Assembly (NCBI GenBank): GCA_039024555.1
Contig: JBCCQQ010000065.1
Span: 1-33,316 of the forward strand
Reading direction: 5' to 3'
Length of the DNA stretch: 33,316 bases
From: Cyanobacteria bacterium P01_D01_bin.156
GTDB lineage: Bacteria; Cyanobacteriota; Cyanobacteriia; Phormidesmidales; Phormidesmidaceae
In this document: positions 10,252-19,456 of the stretch, in pieces
How the letters are laid out: the number at the start of each line of letters is the position of its first letter
Numbering within the stretch: position 1 is the first letter of the stretch
Translations under genes and position numbers: made by a program
The notes under the pieces: model-generated
Database searches by the model: none
Seen by the model: only the letters and a program-made list of their open reading frames with translations
What the model was told of the DNA's origin: nothing

Positions 10252-12087
10252 TTACCACATTGCCCACGTCATAAAAAATCCCAACAGACTTACACCGAGA
10301 ACAATGGTGAAGATGTATCCCTGGGATTGTCCGGAAATACTATATTTCAAGCCTTCTCCACTCATTAAAGAGGCCATTCCTACGAGATTAACGGCACCAT
10401 CAACTACATAGCGATCAAACCAGCTGATGATGCGTGAAAACTGGCTAACAAAAAATACAACGGTGACTCGATAAAGTTTTTCAGTGTAAAAGTCATTGGC
10501 CAAAAGGTCTTGCATCGAGCGCATAGGCTGTTGGTTAGACCTGAGTAGGGAACGACTTAACGGCGCTGTAAAGCCTAGAACTAAGCCAATAACTCCTGAG
10601 AAAATTAAGGACCCAAATACCCAAGGGTTCCAATATTCTAGGGGTGGCAACAATGACAGCCGTTCAAAAGCCAGGGGGAGGATGAGGACAAAAATACCTA
10701 GCCCAATCATAGGAGTGGACATTAACCAGTTGGCTTCAGGACATCGTCGAGTTTTGGGGGTGGGAGCGCCTAGAAATACCAGCCGGAAGATCCGCACTAG
10801 GTTAAAGACGGTTAAGGCATTAACCACGAGAAAAACCCCAGCCAGAAGAGGATGCTCCCGCCATAGAAAATCAATTCCCAGCTGCAATGCCCAGAAACCG
10901 CCCAAGGGAAGCACCCCTACCATGCCTGCACCTCCCACTAGAAAAGCAATGGTGGTTGCAGGCATACGTGACCAGATGCCTCCTAGCTCAGTCATATCCT
11001 GACAGCTCGTGTTGTTGATAATGGCCCCAGAACTCATAAACATTAGGGCCTTAGCAACAGCATGGGTTACCAAAAGACCGAGGGCTGCACCGGGCCATTC
11101 AGTCCCCACGGTGATGAATACCAAACCAATATAAGCGCTGGTGGAGTAGGAGAGAGTCCGCTTTAAATCTACCTGAGCAATAGATACTAGGGACGCCCCA
11201 ATTGCTGTTGTCGTCCCAATCGCAATTAAAGCTGTTAGGGCGATAGGAGAGATGACAACAATCGGCTGTAGTTTGATTAGCACATAGGCACCGCAGGTAA
11301 CGACGATAGAGTTCCGCAAAATCGATGCCGGACTAGGGCCTTCCATGGCTTCATCGAGCCAAAGATGGAGGGGAAACTGAGCACATTTTCCCGTGGGTCC
11401 TGCGATCAATGCGAGGCCTAAAAGTGTTGCGGCCAGTGGCTCTACATCGGCGGTTTTAACCCACTCATAGAGTTCGTTGTAGTGCAGGTCTCCGGCCCAG
11501 CTCGCTAGGCCCAGCACCCCCATCAATAACAAGATGTCTCCCACGCGTTTTGTCAAAAAAGCATCTCTCGCTGCTTTAACAACTAGGGGCTGGGCGTACC
11601 AAAAGCCAACGAGTAGGTACGTGGAGAGGGTGAGCATTTCCAACAGGAAATAGGCGAGGAAAAAAGAACCGCTTAGAACTACACCGTTGACAGCGCCTGA
11701 AAAGAAGCCCAATAGCGAAAAGAAACGAGCTAACGCCCACTCTTTTTCCATGTATCCCAGGCCATACATTTGCGCGAGCAGTGACAACCCGGTGAAAAGT
11801 TCCATAATTCCTAGGTTGAGCACTGACAGGTCTAAATCAAAGCTCAAGGTTAAGTCGGCGACCTGTAGCCAGGGAATCTGAAGTTCCACTCCGCCCACAT
11901 TCCAGATACCCATAAACACAAACATGCCATGGAGAAATGCGATCGCAGTCATAAAAACATTGATATAGACCGCTGGCCGAGGCCCGGTCCGTTGCACCAT
12001 TCCAAGCGACCAAGGCAGGGATAAAATCACCCCAATAAAGCCATAAATTGGAATCAGCCAACTGAACTCAATCAAAGATTGCATCAT
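10252..12087 (-). CDS. ndhF4: NDH-1 subunit F4 (NuoL family)
   Basis: RTGPRPA, GKCAQFPLHLWLDEAMEGP, FDRYVVDGAVN; ATG 12087/12084 preferred over TTG 12111. Confidence 0.88.
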   Translation of the reverse strand: MMQSLIEFSWLIPIYGFIGVILSLPWSLGMVQRTGPRPAVYINVFMTAIAFLHGMFVFMGIWNVGGVELQIPWLQVADLTLSFDLDLSVLNLGIMELFTGLSLLAQMYGLGYMEKEWALARFFSLLGFFSGAVNGVVLSGSFFLAYFLLEMLTLSTYLLVGFWYAQPLVVKAARDAFLTKRVGDILLLMGVLGLASWAGDLHYNELYEWVKTADVEPLAATLLGLALIAGPTGKCAQFPLHLWLDEAMEGPSPASILRNSIVVTCGAYVLIKLQPIVVISPIALTALIAIGTTTAIGASLVSIAQVDLKRTLSYSTSAYIGLVFITVGTEWPGAALGLLVTHAVAKALMFMSSGAIINNTSCQDMTELGGIWSRMPATTIAFLVGGAGMVGVLPLGGFWALQLGIDFLWREHPLLAGVFLVVNALTVFNLVRIFRLVFLGAPTPKTRRCPEANWLMSTPMIGLGIFVLILPLAFERLSLLPPLEYWNPWVFGSLIFSGVIGLVLGFTAPLSRSLLRSNQQPMRSMQDLLANDFYTEKLYRVTVVFFVSQFSRIISWFDRYVVDGAVNLVGMASLMSGEGLKYSISGQSQGYIFTIVLGVSLLGFFMTWAMW

Positions 12088-12154
12088 TTCTATCGAAGAA
12101 CTCACTGGCAACCCCTACATATCTCAGCTGGGCATCCTGCCTAAAAATTAGTGC

Positions 12155-12219
12155 TAGGCATTGCGCCTGAACACTTCAGTTAGGCATTGCGCCTAAACAC
12201 TTCAGTTAGGCATTGCGCC
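12155..12219. repeat. 26-bp tandem repeat, 2.5 copies
   Basis: TAGGCATTGCGCCT(G/A)AACACTTCAGT at 12155 and 12181, partial third copy at 12207. Confidence 0.9.
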
Positions 12220-12814
12220 ACCTACAAACCTGTTCAAGAACCAAAACCCTGGTACAGGTACGCGGAAAATTCCAAGCCACCAACTGCGCTGATAAGGGCA
12301 ACAGCTCTACACAGTGGATTAGAAATATTTCCTGATGTGATTGTTAATTAGTGTCAGATAGGCATCCATAACTAATTTCAATATCACATGCGCTGTCTCA
12401 TCCTACCCGATGGTCAGCATCGGTCAAAAACCTCTCTGGCTATCACTTTCAGTCAATTAACATCGATAACAGCCAGCGATTGCTTGACGGATAAGGTGAT
12501 AGCCAGTGGTTAAGCACAGGTACTCAGAGGATATAAATGCCCTGTTGGCTTAACATAAAGCAATGATTGTTAACGACCAGTATTAAATGGTTATAAGTAT
12601 TGGTAATGCTTAACATTAGAGACAATCATTGAGGCTTATATTGTCAAACGGCTTACCCCCTCGTATTCTGAATTGTAGTCATAGAGTTACTGCAAACTAA
12701 CGGTTTGCATGGTGAGTCTTGGTGTTTAAGGCAGTTTTAGACTGGTTTCTGAATCTGAGTTCCAAGACCATAAATGCTTGAACTAAAGCTGATTTATCTA
12801 GGAGATTTGCGACA

Positions 12815-13123
12815 ATGCCGATTGCCGTTGGAATGATTGAAACACGCGGGTTCCCCGCTGTTGTAGAGGCTGCTGACGCGATGGTCAAGGCAGCCCGTGT
12901 GACCCTAGTTGGCTACGAAAAGATTGGTAGCGGTCGTGTAACTGTCATCGTTCGTGGCGACGTATCTGAAGTTCAAGCTTCAGTTGCCGCTGGTATCGAA
13001 TCAGCTAAGCGTGTGAATGGTGGTGAAGTGCTATCCACTCACATTATTGCTCGCCCCCACGAGAACTTGGAGTTTGTGCTGCCTATTCGCTACACCGAAG
13101 CAGTCGAACAGTTCAGAACCTAA
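12815..13123 (+). CDS. ccmK2: Carboxysome shell hexamer CcmK2
   Basis: [29 protein letters not shown]; 102 aa; AGGAG RBS. Confidence 0.93.
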   Translation: MPIAVGMIETRGFPAVVEAADAMVKAARVTLVGYEKIGSGRVTVIVRGDVSEVQASVAAGIESAKRVNGGEVLSTHIIARPHENLEFVLPIRYTEAVEQFRT

Positions 13124-13179
13124 CCCATTAGGGCTTGGATTATTACGTCCAATTAGTCAGCATACTAAGGTAAAAAACA

Positions 13180-13518
13180 ATGGCAATCGCAGTAGGAATG
13201 GTTGAGACCCTGGGTTTCCCAGCGGTCGTTGAGGCAGCCGATGCTATGGTCAAGGCAGCCCGTGTGACCCTAGTTGGTTACGAGAAAATCGGTAGTGGTC
13301 GTGTAACTGTTATCGTTCGTGGCGACGTATCTGAGGTTCAGGCTTCAGTTGCTGCTGGTATTGAGAATGTTAAGCGTGTGAACGGTGGTCAAACACTATC
13401 CACTCATATCATTGCTCGCCCCCACGAGAACCTAGAGTTTGTATTGCCTATTCGCTATACCGAGGCTGTTGAGCAGTTTCGCGAAAGCGTTAGCGGCATT
13501 CGTCCCTATGGTAGATAA
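13180..13518 (+). CDS. ccmK1: Carboxysome shell hexamer CcmK1
   Basis: CcmK BMC domain with a 10-aa C-terminal extension. Confidence 0.92.
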   Translation: MAIAVGMVETLGFPAVVEAADAMVKAARVTLVGYEKIGSGRVTVIVRGDVSEVQASVAAGIENVKRVNGGQTLSTHIIARPHENLEFVLPIRYTEAVEQFRESVSGIRPYGR

Positions 13519-13521
13519 GGC

Positions 13522-13824
13522 ATGCGCCTAGGAAAGGTTCGTGGCACGGTTGTTAGTACCTGTAAAGAGCCAAGCCTAACGGGCGTTAAGTTCTTGCTAA
13601 TTCAGTTTATTAGTGAGGATGGTGATTTGCTTCCAGATTACGAAGTAGCAGCTGATGTCGTGGGTGCAGGGCCTGGTGAATGGGTTCTGGTTACTCGCGG
13701 CAGCTCTGCCCGTCAGCATCGTGGCTATGAGGAAAGGCCGGTTGATGCTGCTGTAGTTGCCATTGTTGACACCGTTAGTTTGGACTCAGGTTCGCTCTAC
13801 AACAAACGTGAGGATTTCAGTTAG
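13522..13824 (+). CDS. ccmL: Carboxysome vertex pentamer CcmL
   Basis: VRGTVVST.K, VAADVVGAG.GEWVLV.RGSSAR. Confidence 0.93.
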   Translation: MRLGKVRGTVVSTCKEPSLTGVKFLLIQFISEDGDLLPDYEVAADVVGAGPGEWVLVTRGSSARQHRGYEERPVDAAVVAIVDTVSLDSGSLYNKREDFS

Positions 13825-13850
13825 CAGCTTATTTGGGAGGATAGGGGCCG

Positions 13851-15860
13851 ATGGTGCGTAAAGCCATGGCAACATCCCCTGCCCAGTATCAGTCAATGGC
13901 AAAGCCGTTGATTGACCCTACCGCCTTCGTTCATTCGTTTTCTCAGGTCGTAGGTGGTGTATATGTCGGGGCTGAGGTATCTATTGCCCCCGGCACATCA
14001 ATTCGGGCAGATGAGGGATTGCCCTTTTACATCAGTAGTCATTGTGATATTCAGGATGGCGTTGTCATGCACGGCCTTAGTAAAGGCTGTGTGCTTGGTG
14101 ACAATGGCAATTCCTATGCTGTTTGGCTGTCATCTAATGTCACACTTACTCATAAAGTTTTGATTCATGGACCAGCCTACTTAGGTGATGGTTGTTTCGT
14201 TGGTTTTAGGTCAACGATATTCAATGCTCGTTTGGGTGCGGGTGTAATCGTTATGATGCATGCCCTGGTGCAGGACGTGGAAGTTCCGCCGGGTCGATGT
14301 GTTCCATCTGGTGCAGTGATTACTACTCAGGCCCAGGCCGATGCCCTCCCTGCCGTGACTGAGGCAGATTTGGCTTTGGTGAGAGATATAGTTGAGCCCC
14401 ATATTCAGAAGCGATCCCACAGAAAGTCTGTAGGAGGCGCTTCTAATTCATTTAAAGAACATTCCAAATACCCTGACGGTCCAGTCAATACTGTTCCTAT
14501 TCAGGCTGCTCGCCAGGCGGCGAGTGATTCATACACCCAATACACCACCGATACCGTTGGTACAGACACTATGCAAGCACTAGCACCCGAGATTGTTCAA
14601 CAGGTCCGTCAGTTTTTAGCCCAGGGCTACAAGGTTGGTTCGGAGTACGCTGATAAACGACGCTATCGTAGTGGCGTTTGGCAAAGCTGTCCTACCGTAC
14701 AGTCCACCCGTGAAGGGGATGTGCTGTCAGCGCTAGCGGGTTGTCTGGCGGCAAATCAAGGTAGCTATGTGCGTATTTTTGGTATCGACCCCGTGGGTAA
14801 GCGTCGTGTGGGCATGATGACGGTGCAGCGCCCTGATGGTAAGCCCGTGGAAGTAAGCAAAGGCTCGGCAGTTCCTTCTCCATCGTCTACTGGTAATAGC
14901 GGTGGTAGCACTGTCATATTTGGTGATATTGCTGGGCAGGTGCGAGCTTGGTTGCGCCAAGGATACAAGATTGGTACAGAGCATGCGGATCGTCGTCGCT
15001 ATCGCAGTGGTGTTTGGCAAACATGTACTCCCATTGCAACCACTCGCGAAGCCGAGGCAATGGCGGCACTTGAGGGGTGTTTGACGGAGCATTCGGGTGA
15101 GTATGTGCGGATGTTTGGTATTGACCCGATTGCTAAGCGTCGGGTGTCTCCGGTAACTATCCAGCGAGGTGATGGTAAACCGGTTGCTTTGAATAAGAGC
15201 GCCGCTAGTTCTGCGCCTGCGGCGAGCCAGAATGGTGTGGCTCCTACCACCAGTGATGAATTGGTTCCCCAAATTCGCTCGATCTTGGCTCAGGGCCAGA
15301 AGATCGGCATTGAGTTTGCCGATAAGCGTCGTTATCGCAGTGGGATTTGGCAGACGGCCCCCGCCGTTTCTGCCTCTAGCGAGTCTGCTGCTGTAGCAGC
15401 TGTGCAGCAGATATTGGCTGAGCATGCGAATCACTATGTGCGAATTTTTGCCATCAACCCTCGGGTGAAGCAGCGTGGTCGTGCTATTACGGTTCAGAAG
15501 CCTGGTCAGGTTATGGGTGCTGCCAACGGTTCTGCCGCGGCTGCTAAGTCTGCACCCGCTTCCTACAATGGTTCAGCATCTACCAATGGCAGCAGTGCTT
15601 CGGTAAGCTCCGATTTGGCTCAACAGGTGACACAGCTCGTAAATCAGGGCTATCGAGTTAGTACTGAGTATGCGGACAAGCGTCGCTATAGCAGCGGTGC
15701 TTGGCAGACGGGCACTCCTATCAGTGGTAATCGTCCATCTGAGGTAATTGCTGCCCTCAAGGCTCAGCTAGCTGAGTACTCTGGCCACTATGTGCGTCTG
15801 GTGGGTGTTGACCCCCGTGCTAAGTGTCGTGTACTAGAAACCACGATCCAGCGTCCGTAG
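13851..15860 (+). CDS. ccmM: Carboxysome assembly protein CcmM (gamma-CA-like domain plus 4 RbcS-like repeats)
   Basis: Hexapeptide beta-helix N-terminal domain; four QG..IGxE.AD.RRY.SG.WQ repeats; likely internal start ATG 14571. Confidence 0.93.
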   Translation: MVRKAMATSPAQYQSMAKPLIDPTAFVHSFSQVVGGVYVGAEVSIAPGTSIRADEGLPFYISSHCDIQDGVVMHGLSKGCVLGDNGNSYAVWLSSNVTLTHKVLIHGPAYLGDGCFVGFRSTIFNARLGAGVIVMMHALVQDVEVPPGRCVPSGAVITTQAQADALPAVTEADLALVRDIVEPHIQKRSHRKSVGGASNSFKEHSKYPDGPVNTVPIQAARQAASDSYTQYTTDTVGTDTMQALAPEIVQQVRQFLAQGYKVGSEYADKRRYRSGVWQSCPTVQSTREGDVLSALAGCLAANQGSYVRIFGIDPVGKRRVGMMTVQRPDGKPVEVSKGSAVPSPSSTGNSGGSTVIFGDIAGQVRAWLRQGYKIGTEHADRRRYRSGVWQTCTPIATTREAEAMAALEGCLTEHSGEYVRMFGIDPIAKRRVSPVTIQRGDGKPVALNKSAASSAPAASQNGVAPTTSDELVPQIRSILAQGQKIGIEFADKRRYRSGIWQTAPAVSASSESAAVAAVQQILAEHANHYVRIFAINPRVKQRGRAITVQKPGQVMGAANGSAAAAKSAPASYNGSASTNGSSASVSSDLAQQVTQLVNQGYRVSTEYADKRRYSSGAWQTGTPISGNRPSEVIAALKAQLAEYSGHYVRLVGVDPRAKCRVLETTIQRP

Positions 15861-15888
15861 TCTACACCCTGTCTTTAGGACCGTCGCG

Positions 15889-16590
15889 ATGGAACCCTCG
15901 CCTCTACATTTTGTGAGTCATACCCATTACTATCGCGGCGGCGACGTTGTTATTGATGCGTCGGCTGCTATTGCGCCTGGTGTTGTGTTGCGGGCGGCTC
16001 CGGGTGCTTCTATTCGGGTAGGTGCCGGTGTTTGTGTGGGTGCTGGTGTTGTAATTCAGGCGAAACAGGGGTGTGTCTTTATCGAGTCTGGGGCAAGTCT
16101 GGGTACGGGGGTGCTGGTTGTCGGTCATGGGCATGTGGGTAAAGATGCTTCGGTGGGGCCGTCTAGCACGTTAATGAATCCTGCGATCGCACCAAATGAG
16201 ATTATTCCACCCTGTTCCTTGATTCAAGGAAGCAACAGTCAGGTATCTAGCAATGGTGCTTCTACTTACGAAGAACCCAATCAGTTTCGGGCTCCTGACT
16301 TGAATGGTCATAGTTCGGCAGTGCCCTCTATGCCTATTCCTCCGCGTACATCACCTACGGTTCAGCCCCAGGCCGTTTCTCCAAAAGCTGTTGATGTACC
16401 CGATCTAGAGACGCCTGCTGCCAAAACCGAGGATTTTGACAGTTCAGAACAGCAAACCAATCAAACCTCATCGGCGGTGGTGCAACAAAACGGGTATGTT
16501 TATGGGCGTGACCACTTAAATAATTTGTTGTCTGCTCTATTTCCCCACCGAAAACCCTTGAATAATGGAAATTCGGGTGGTGAATCTTAA
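15889..16590 (+). CDS. ccmN: Carboxysome assembly protein CcmN
   Basis: Hexapeptide repeats, P/S-rich linker, encapsulation peptide VYGRDHLNNLLSALFPH. Confidence 0.92.
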   Translation: MEPSPLHFVSHTHYYRGGDVVIDASAAIAPGVVLRAAPGASIRVGAGVCVGAGVVIQAKQGCVFIESGASLGTGVLVVGHGHVGKDASVGPSSTLMNPAIAPNEIIPPCSLIQGSNSQVSSNGASTYEEPNQFRAPDLNGHSSAVPSMPIPPRTSPTVQPQAVSPKAVDVPDLETPAAKTEDFDSSEQQTNQTSSAVVQQNGYVYGRDHLNNLLSALFPHRKPLNNGNSGGES

Positions 16591-16694
16591 AAAGACTTCT
16601 AGAATAGGGAATACATAATAATCAGTGTTTATTGAATTTAAGTAAGAGATTTTTATCATATTCAAGGCTTGCCTAACGCTACTTGAAACCTACA

Positions 16695-17555
16695 ATGCCA
16701 GCAGAATCCTCCGCTCTTGCCAGCTCCACTGATCAGGCCAGGTCCCTACTGAACCGGGTAAAGGATTCAGCCCTAGGAATTGTTTCAACGACTAGCTTTC
16801 CAGCCATCATTGGTGTTGCCGATGCCATGATGAAGTCTTCGAACGTGTACCTCGTTGGCTACGAAAAAACCGGTGGTGGTCAATGTAGTGCCATTGTTAG
16901 AGGTGGTGTGGCCGATGTTCGCATGGCGGTCCATGCCGGTGTAGAAACCGCCAAACAGTTTGGGCAGTTGGTATCTTCATCTCTGATTCCCAGACCCATG
17001 GCCGACATGGAAAAGGTTCTGCCAATTTTGCCCCGCATTAGCGATTTAGAAGGGGCAGGAGAAACCCATATGAGCAGTGGTGCTGTTGGCCTATTAGAAA
17101 CTCGTGGTTTTCCGGCCATGGTCGGTGCAGCGGATGCCATGACCAAATCTGCCGAGGTGGAATTAATTTCCCACGAAACCATTGGAGAAGGGTTGTGCAC
17201 GATTTTGATTCGTGGGTCGCTATCCAATGTGGCTATTGCCGTTGAAGCCGGAATGCATGAAGCTGAGCGCATTGGTGAGCTCAGCGCGGTGATGGTGATT
17301 CCCCGACCTCTCAATGATTTGGAGCGTAGTCTACCGAAGGTTAAGCAGGTTAAGACCCAGAAACCACAGAAGGTACAGCTACCGCTGAAACTAGGGGAGC
17401 GGCAGAAAGAGCTTATGCCTGCTCAGGCTCCTGCGGTGGAAGTTCAGAAACAAAGACAATTAGATTTGCCTGAAACAGAGTTGGTTCAGGCCCAGCAGCC
17501 TCCCACCATAGAAGTACAGCCGCAAAAGCCATTAGATTTGCCTGAGTTTGAGTAA
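16695..17555 (+). CDS. ccmO: Tandem-BMC shell protein CcmO
   Basis: Two BMC domains (ALGIVSTTSFPAIIG; AVGLLETRGFPAMVG); start ATG 16695 or TTG 16683. Confidence 0.9.
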   Translation: MPAESSALASSTDQARSLLNRVKDSALGIVSTTSFPAIIGVADAMMKSSNVYLVGYEKTGGGQCSAIVRGGVADVRMAVHAGVETAKQFGQLVSSSLIPRPMADMEKVLPILPRISDLEGAGETHMSSGAVGLLETRGFPAMVGAADAMTKSAEVELISHETIGEGLCTILIRGSLSNVAIAVEAGMHEAERIGELSAVMVIPRPLNDLERSLPKVKQVKTQKPQKVQLPLKLGERQKELMPAQAPAVEVQKQRQLDLPETELVQAQQPPTIEVQPQKPLDLPEFE

Positions 17556-17561
17556 ATCATC

Positions 17562-17596
17562 GTTTATGGAAGGTCCATACTGGACCTTCCATAAAC
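17562..17596. terminator. Perfect 16-bp hairpin between convergent genes (likely bidirectional terminator)
   Basis: GTTTATGGAAGGTCCA-TAC-TGGACCTTCCATAAAC. Confidence 0.75.
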
Positions 17597-17603
17597 TTGC
17601 TAC

Positions 17604-18065
17604 CTAAATATCAGCGTAGCCAAAGGTGACATTAAACTCTGCACACCAGATAACGACGGAGCCGTAGTCATCGAGGATAATATCGGCGGGCAGAACATAG
17701 CTCTGAGAGCCGTCAAAACTCTGTAGGTCACCAACGACAACATAGTCTTCTTCGTCTAGGCTAACGGGGGCAGAAGTGCCTTTGTAGAGTAGGACTTGAA
17801 CATCGGGGCCACGGGCGGTGTCAAAAGCGCTATCAAATTCCAGAATGCGCTGACCGTCTTTTTCAACAATACGAGCGGTGCCGGTGGTAGCCTTGGCCTG
17901 TTCAACCGTAACAAATTGGCCAGAGGTGACCACTGCTTTAGTAGCTGCTTGAGTAATGCTAGGTTGAGCAGCTAAAGCATCTGCAACGGTTACTGTTTGG
18001 GTAAAGGGGATGGCTACAGCAGTCAGCATTAGGGCAGAAAGGCTGGTAGAAAGTAGATTTTTCAT
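17604..18065 (-). CDS. Secreted DM13-domain protein
   Basis: AGGAG then MKNLLSTSLS signal peptide; GPDVQVLL, G.QSYVLP, SVVIWCAEFNVTFG. Confidence 0.85.
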   Translation of the reverse strand: MKNLLSTSLSALMLTAVAIPFTQTVTVADALAAQPSITQAATKAVVTSGQFVTVEQAKATTGTARIVEKDGQRILEFDSAFDTARGPDVQVLLYKGTSAPVSLDEEDYVVVGDLQSFDGSQSYVLPADIILDDYGSVVIWCAEFNVTFGYADI

Positions 18066-18436
18066 GATTGCAATATCTCCTAGGTGGCAAAAACAAGATT
18101 CTGTGCATTTGTGATTATCACTATCGTGGAGATGTCTGAGTCCCAGTTGATTCATATCCAAGGAAGCAATAAATCCTGTCTGAAAAATTCTGAGTAAGTT
18201 TGATGATCGAGATCACGCTGAAAAGGCTAGAAAGTGCTTGTAAATCTTGAAGGGATACCCATAGCGTCGATGTCGTTCATGAGGATAAGGAAAACTACCT
18301 AGCTTTGAATATGCTGCGCGGTAATGGCCCAATACCTAAATAGACGTTATCCGTCAGAAAACAGCAGTTGCCAGCTGGGACGTAGTTTGGATCTGAACAA
18401 TCGCTATTTCGATAACTGTTTCCACTGTGATGATGT

Positions 18437-19210
18437 ATGAAAAAGGCCGTTTACTGGTTAATGGGGGAGCAAGGGGGGAAAGCTTCCATAACTGCCTGGA
18501 ACTGGTTGTGGGGAATTGAGGAGGATGTGGCTGAACCAGAAACTGCCGAAGATGCAGATGAAGCTGAGATCGCACTAGACGAAGATGTATCTATACTTGA
18601 TGAAGATGCGATCGCAGCAGCCGAAGCATCGCTCAAGGCCATGCAGCAATCTGTCCAGCAGCTAGCCACCGCTACCAACCAACAGTACGCCACCTTTCAG
18701 CGGGCCAAGCAGATGTACCTGCGCAAAGTAAAGAACCTGGAGTGGGCAGAAAAATCAGCGTTGCGAGCAGAAAAAGAAGGTCGCCACAGTGATGCAGAAA
18801 CCGCCATGGCCCACGTGATTCAGCTAGAACAGCTCTTACCTGAACTAGAAATCCAGGTGGAACAGGCCGAAAAATGGGTGAATGCCTCTCTCGTTAAATT
18901 GCAACAGGAACAGGAAAGGCTCGAAAGTTACAAACGAGATTTTCAAACCCTTAAAAACCTAACCGAGGTCAATGAAGCCTTGACCGCCATTGCCGCAACC
19001 CATAATGCCCAGGATATGGCCTCTGCCCGTGCTCAGTTTGAGGCGGCCAAGAATTTGGTACACACACGGTATCTAGAAAACCAAGCCTATGTCGAACTGG
19101 CGGTAAACCCAGCTGACACATTAGATGCCTCCATAGACATGGCCCAGCAGCAGGAAATTGCCCGCCGACGATTACAGGAGTTGAAGCAGCGTCAGCAGTC
19201 GCTGAATTAA
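18437..19210 (+). CDS. PspA/IM30-like coiled-coil protein
   Basis: N-terminal YWLMGE...WNWLWG, acidic linker, long heptad A/E/Q-rich helices. Confidence 0.65.
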   Translation: MKKAVYWLMGEQGGKASITAWNWLWGIEEDVAEPETAEDADEAEIALDEDVSILDEDAIAAAEASLKAMQQSVQQLATATNQQYATFQRAKQMYLRKVKNLEWAEKSALRAEKEGRHSDAETAMAHVIQLEQLLPELEIQVEQAEKWVNASLVKLQQEQERLESYKRDFQTLKNLTEVNEALTAIAATHNAQDMASARAQFEAAKNLVHTRYLENQAYVELAVNPADTLDASIDMAQQQEIARRRLQELKQRQQSLN

Positions 19211-19456
19211 ACGCCCTTAATCGGCGGCGGCGTTAGGGGATAAAACAAGCTGTCAGATCTTCTAAGAAACAAGGATTTGACTACTATACTCCTTCCAAGA
19301 ATTAGCAGCGCCAAACCGCTCCTTCCAACTGTGCTTGGTCCCTTGCCAGAGGTGTGTTTTTACGAACAAACCTTGTCGCAATCTGCATCATATTCTGTCT
19401 GACTTGGGCAGATAGGGGATGTAAAAACGTTAATGAGAGTGACTGGAGATAGCACA

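Noticed and set aside
12155..12219. Possible mini-CRISPR array
   Set aside because: The intervening sequences are identical, so it is a tandem repeat with no unique spacers; no cas genes in the window
12815..13518. Near-identical ccmK pair as a recent duplication
   Set aside because: Tandem ccmK2/ccmK1 is the standard beta-carboxysome arrangement
14733..17314. Long antisense ORFs (14733-15434, 16880-17314) and similar shadows elsewhere
   Set aside because: They lie antisense to well-supported genes and show no recognisable motifs
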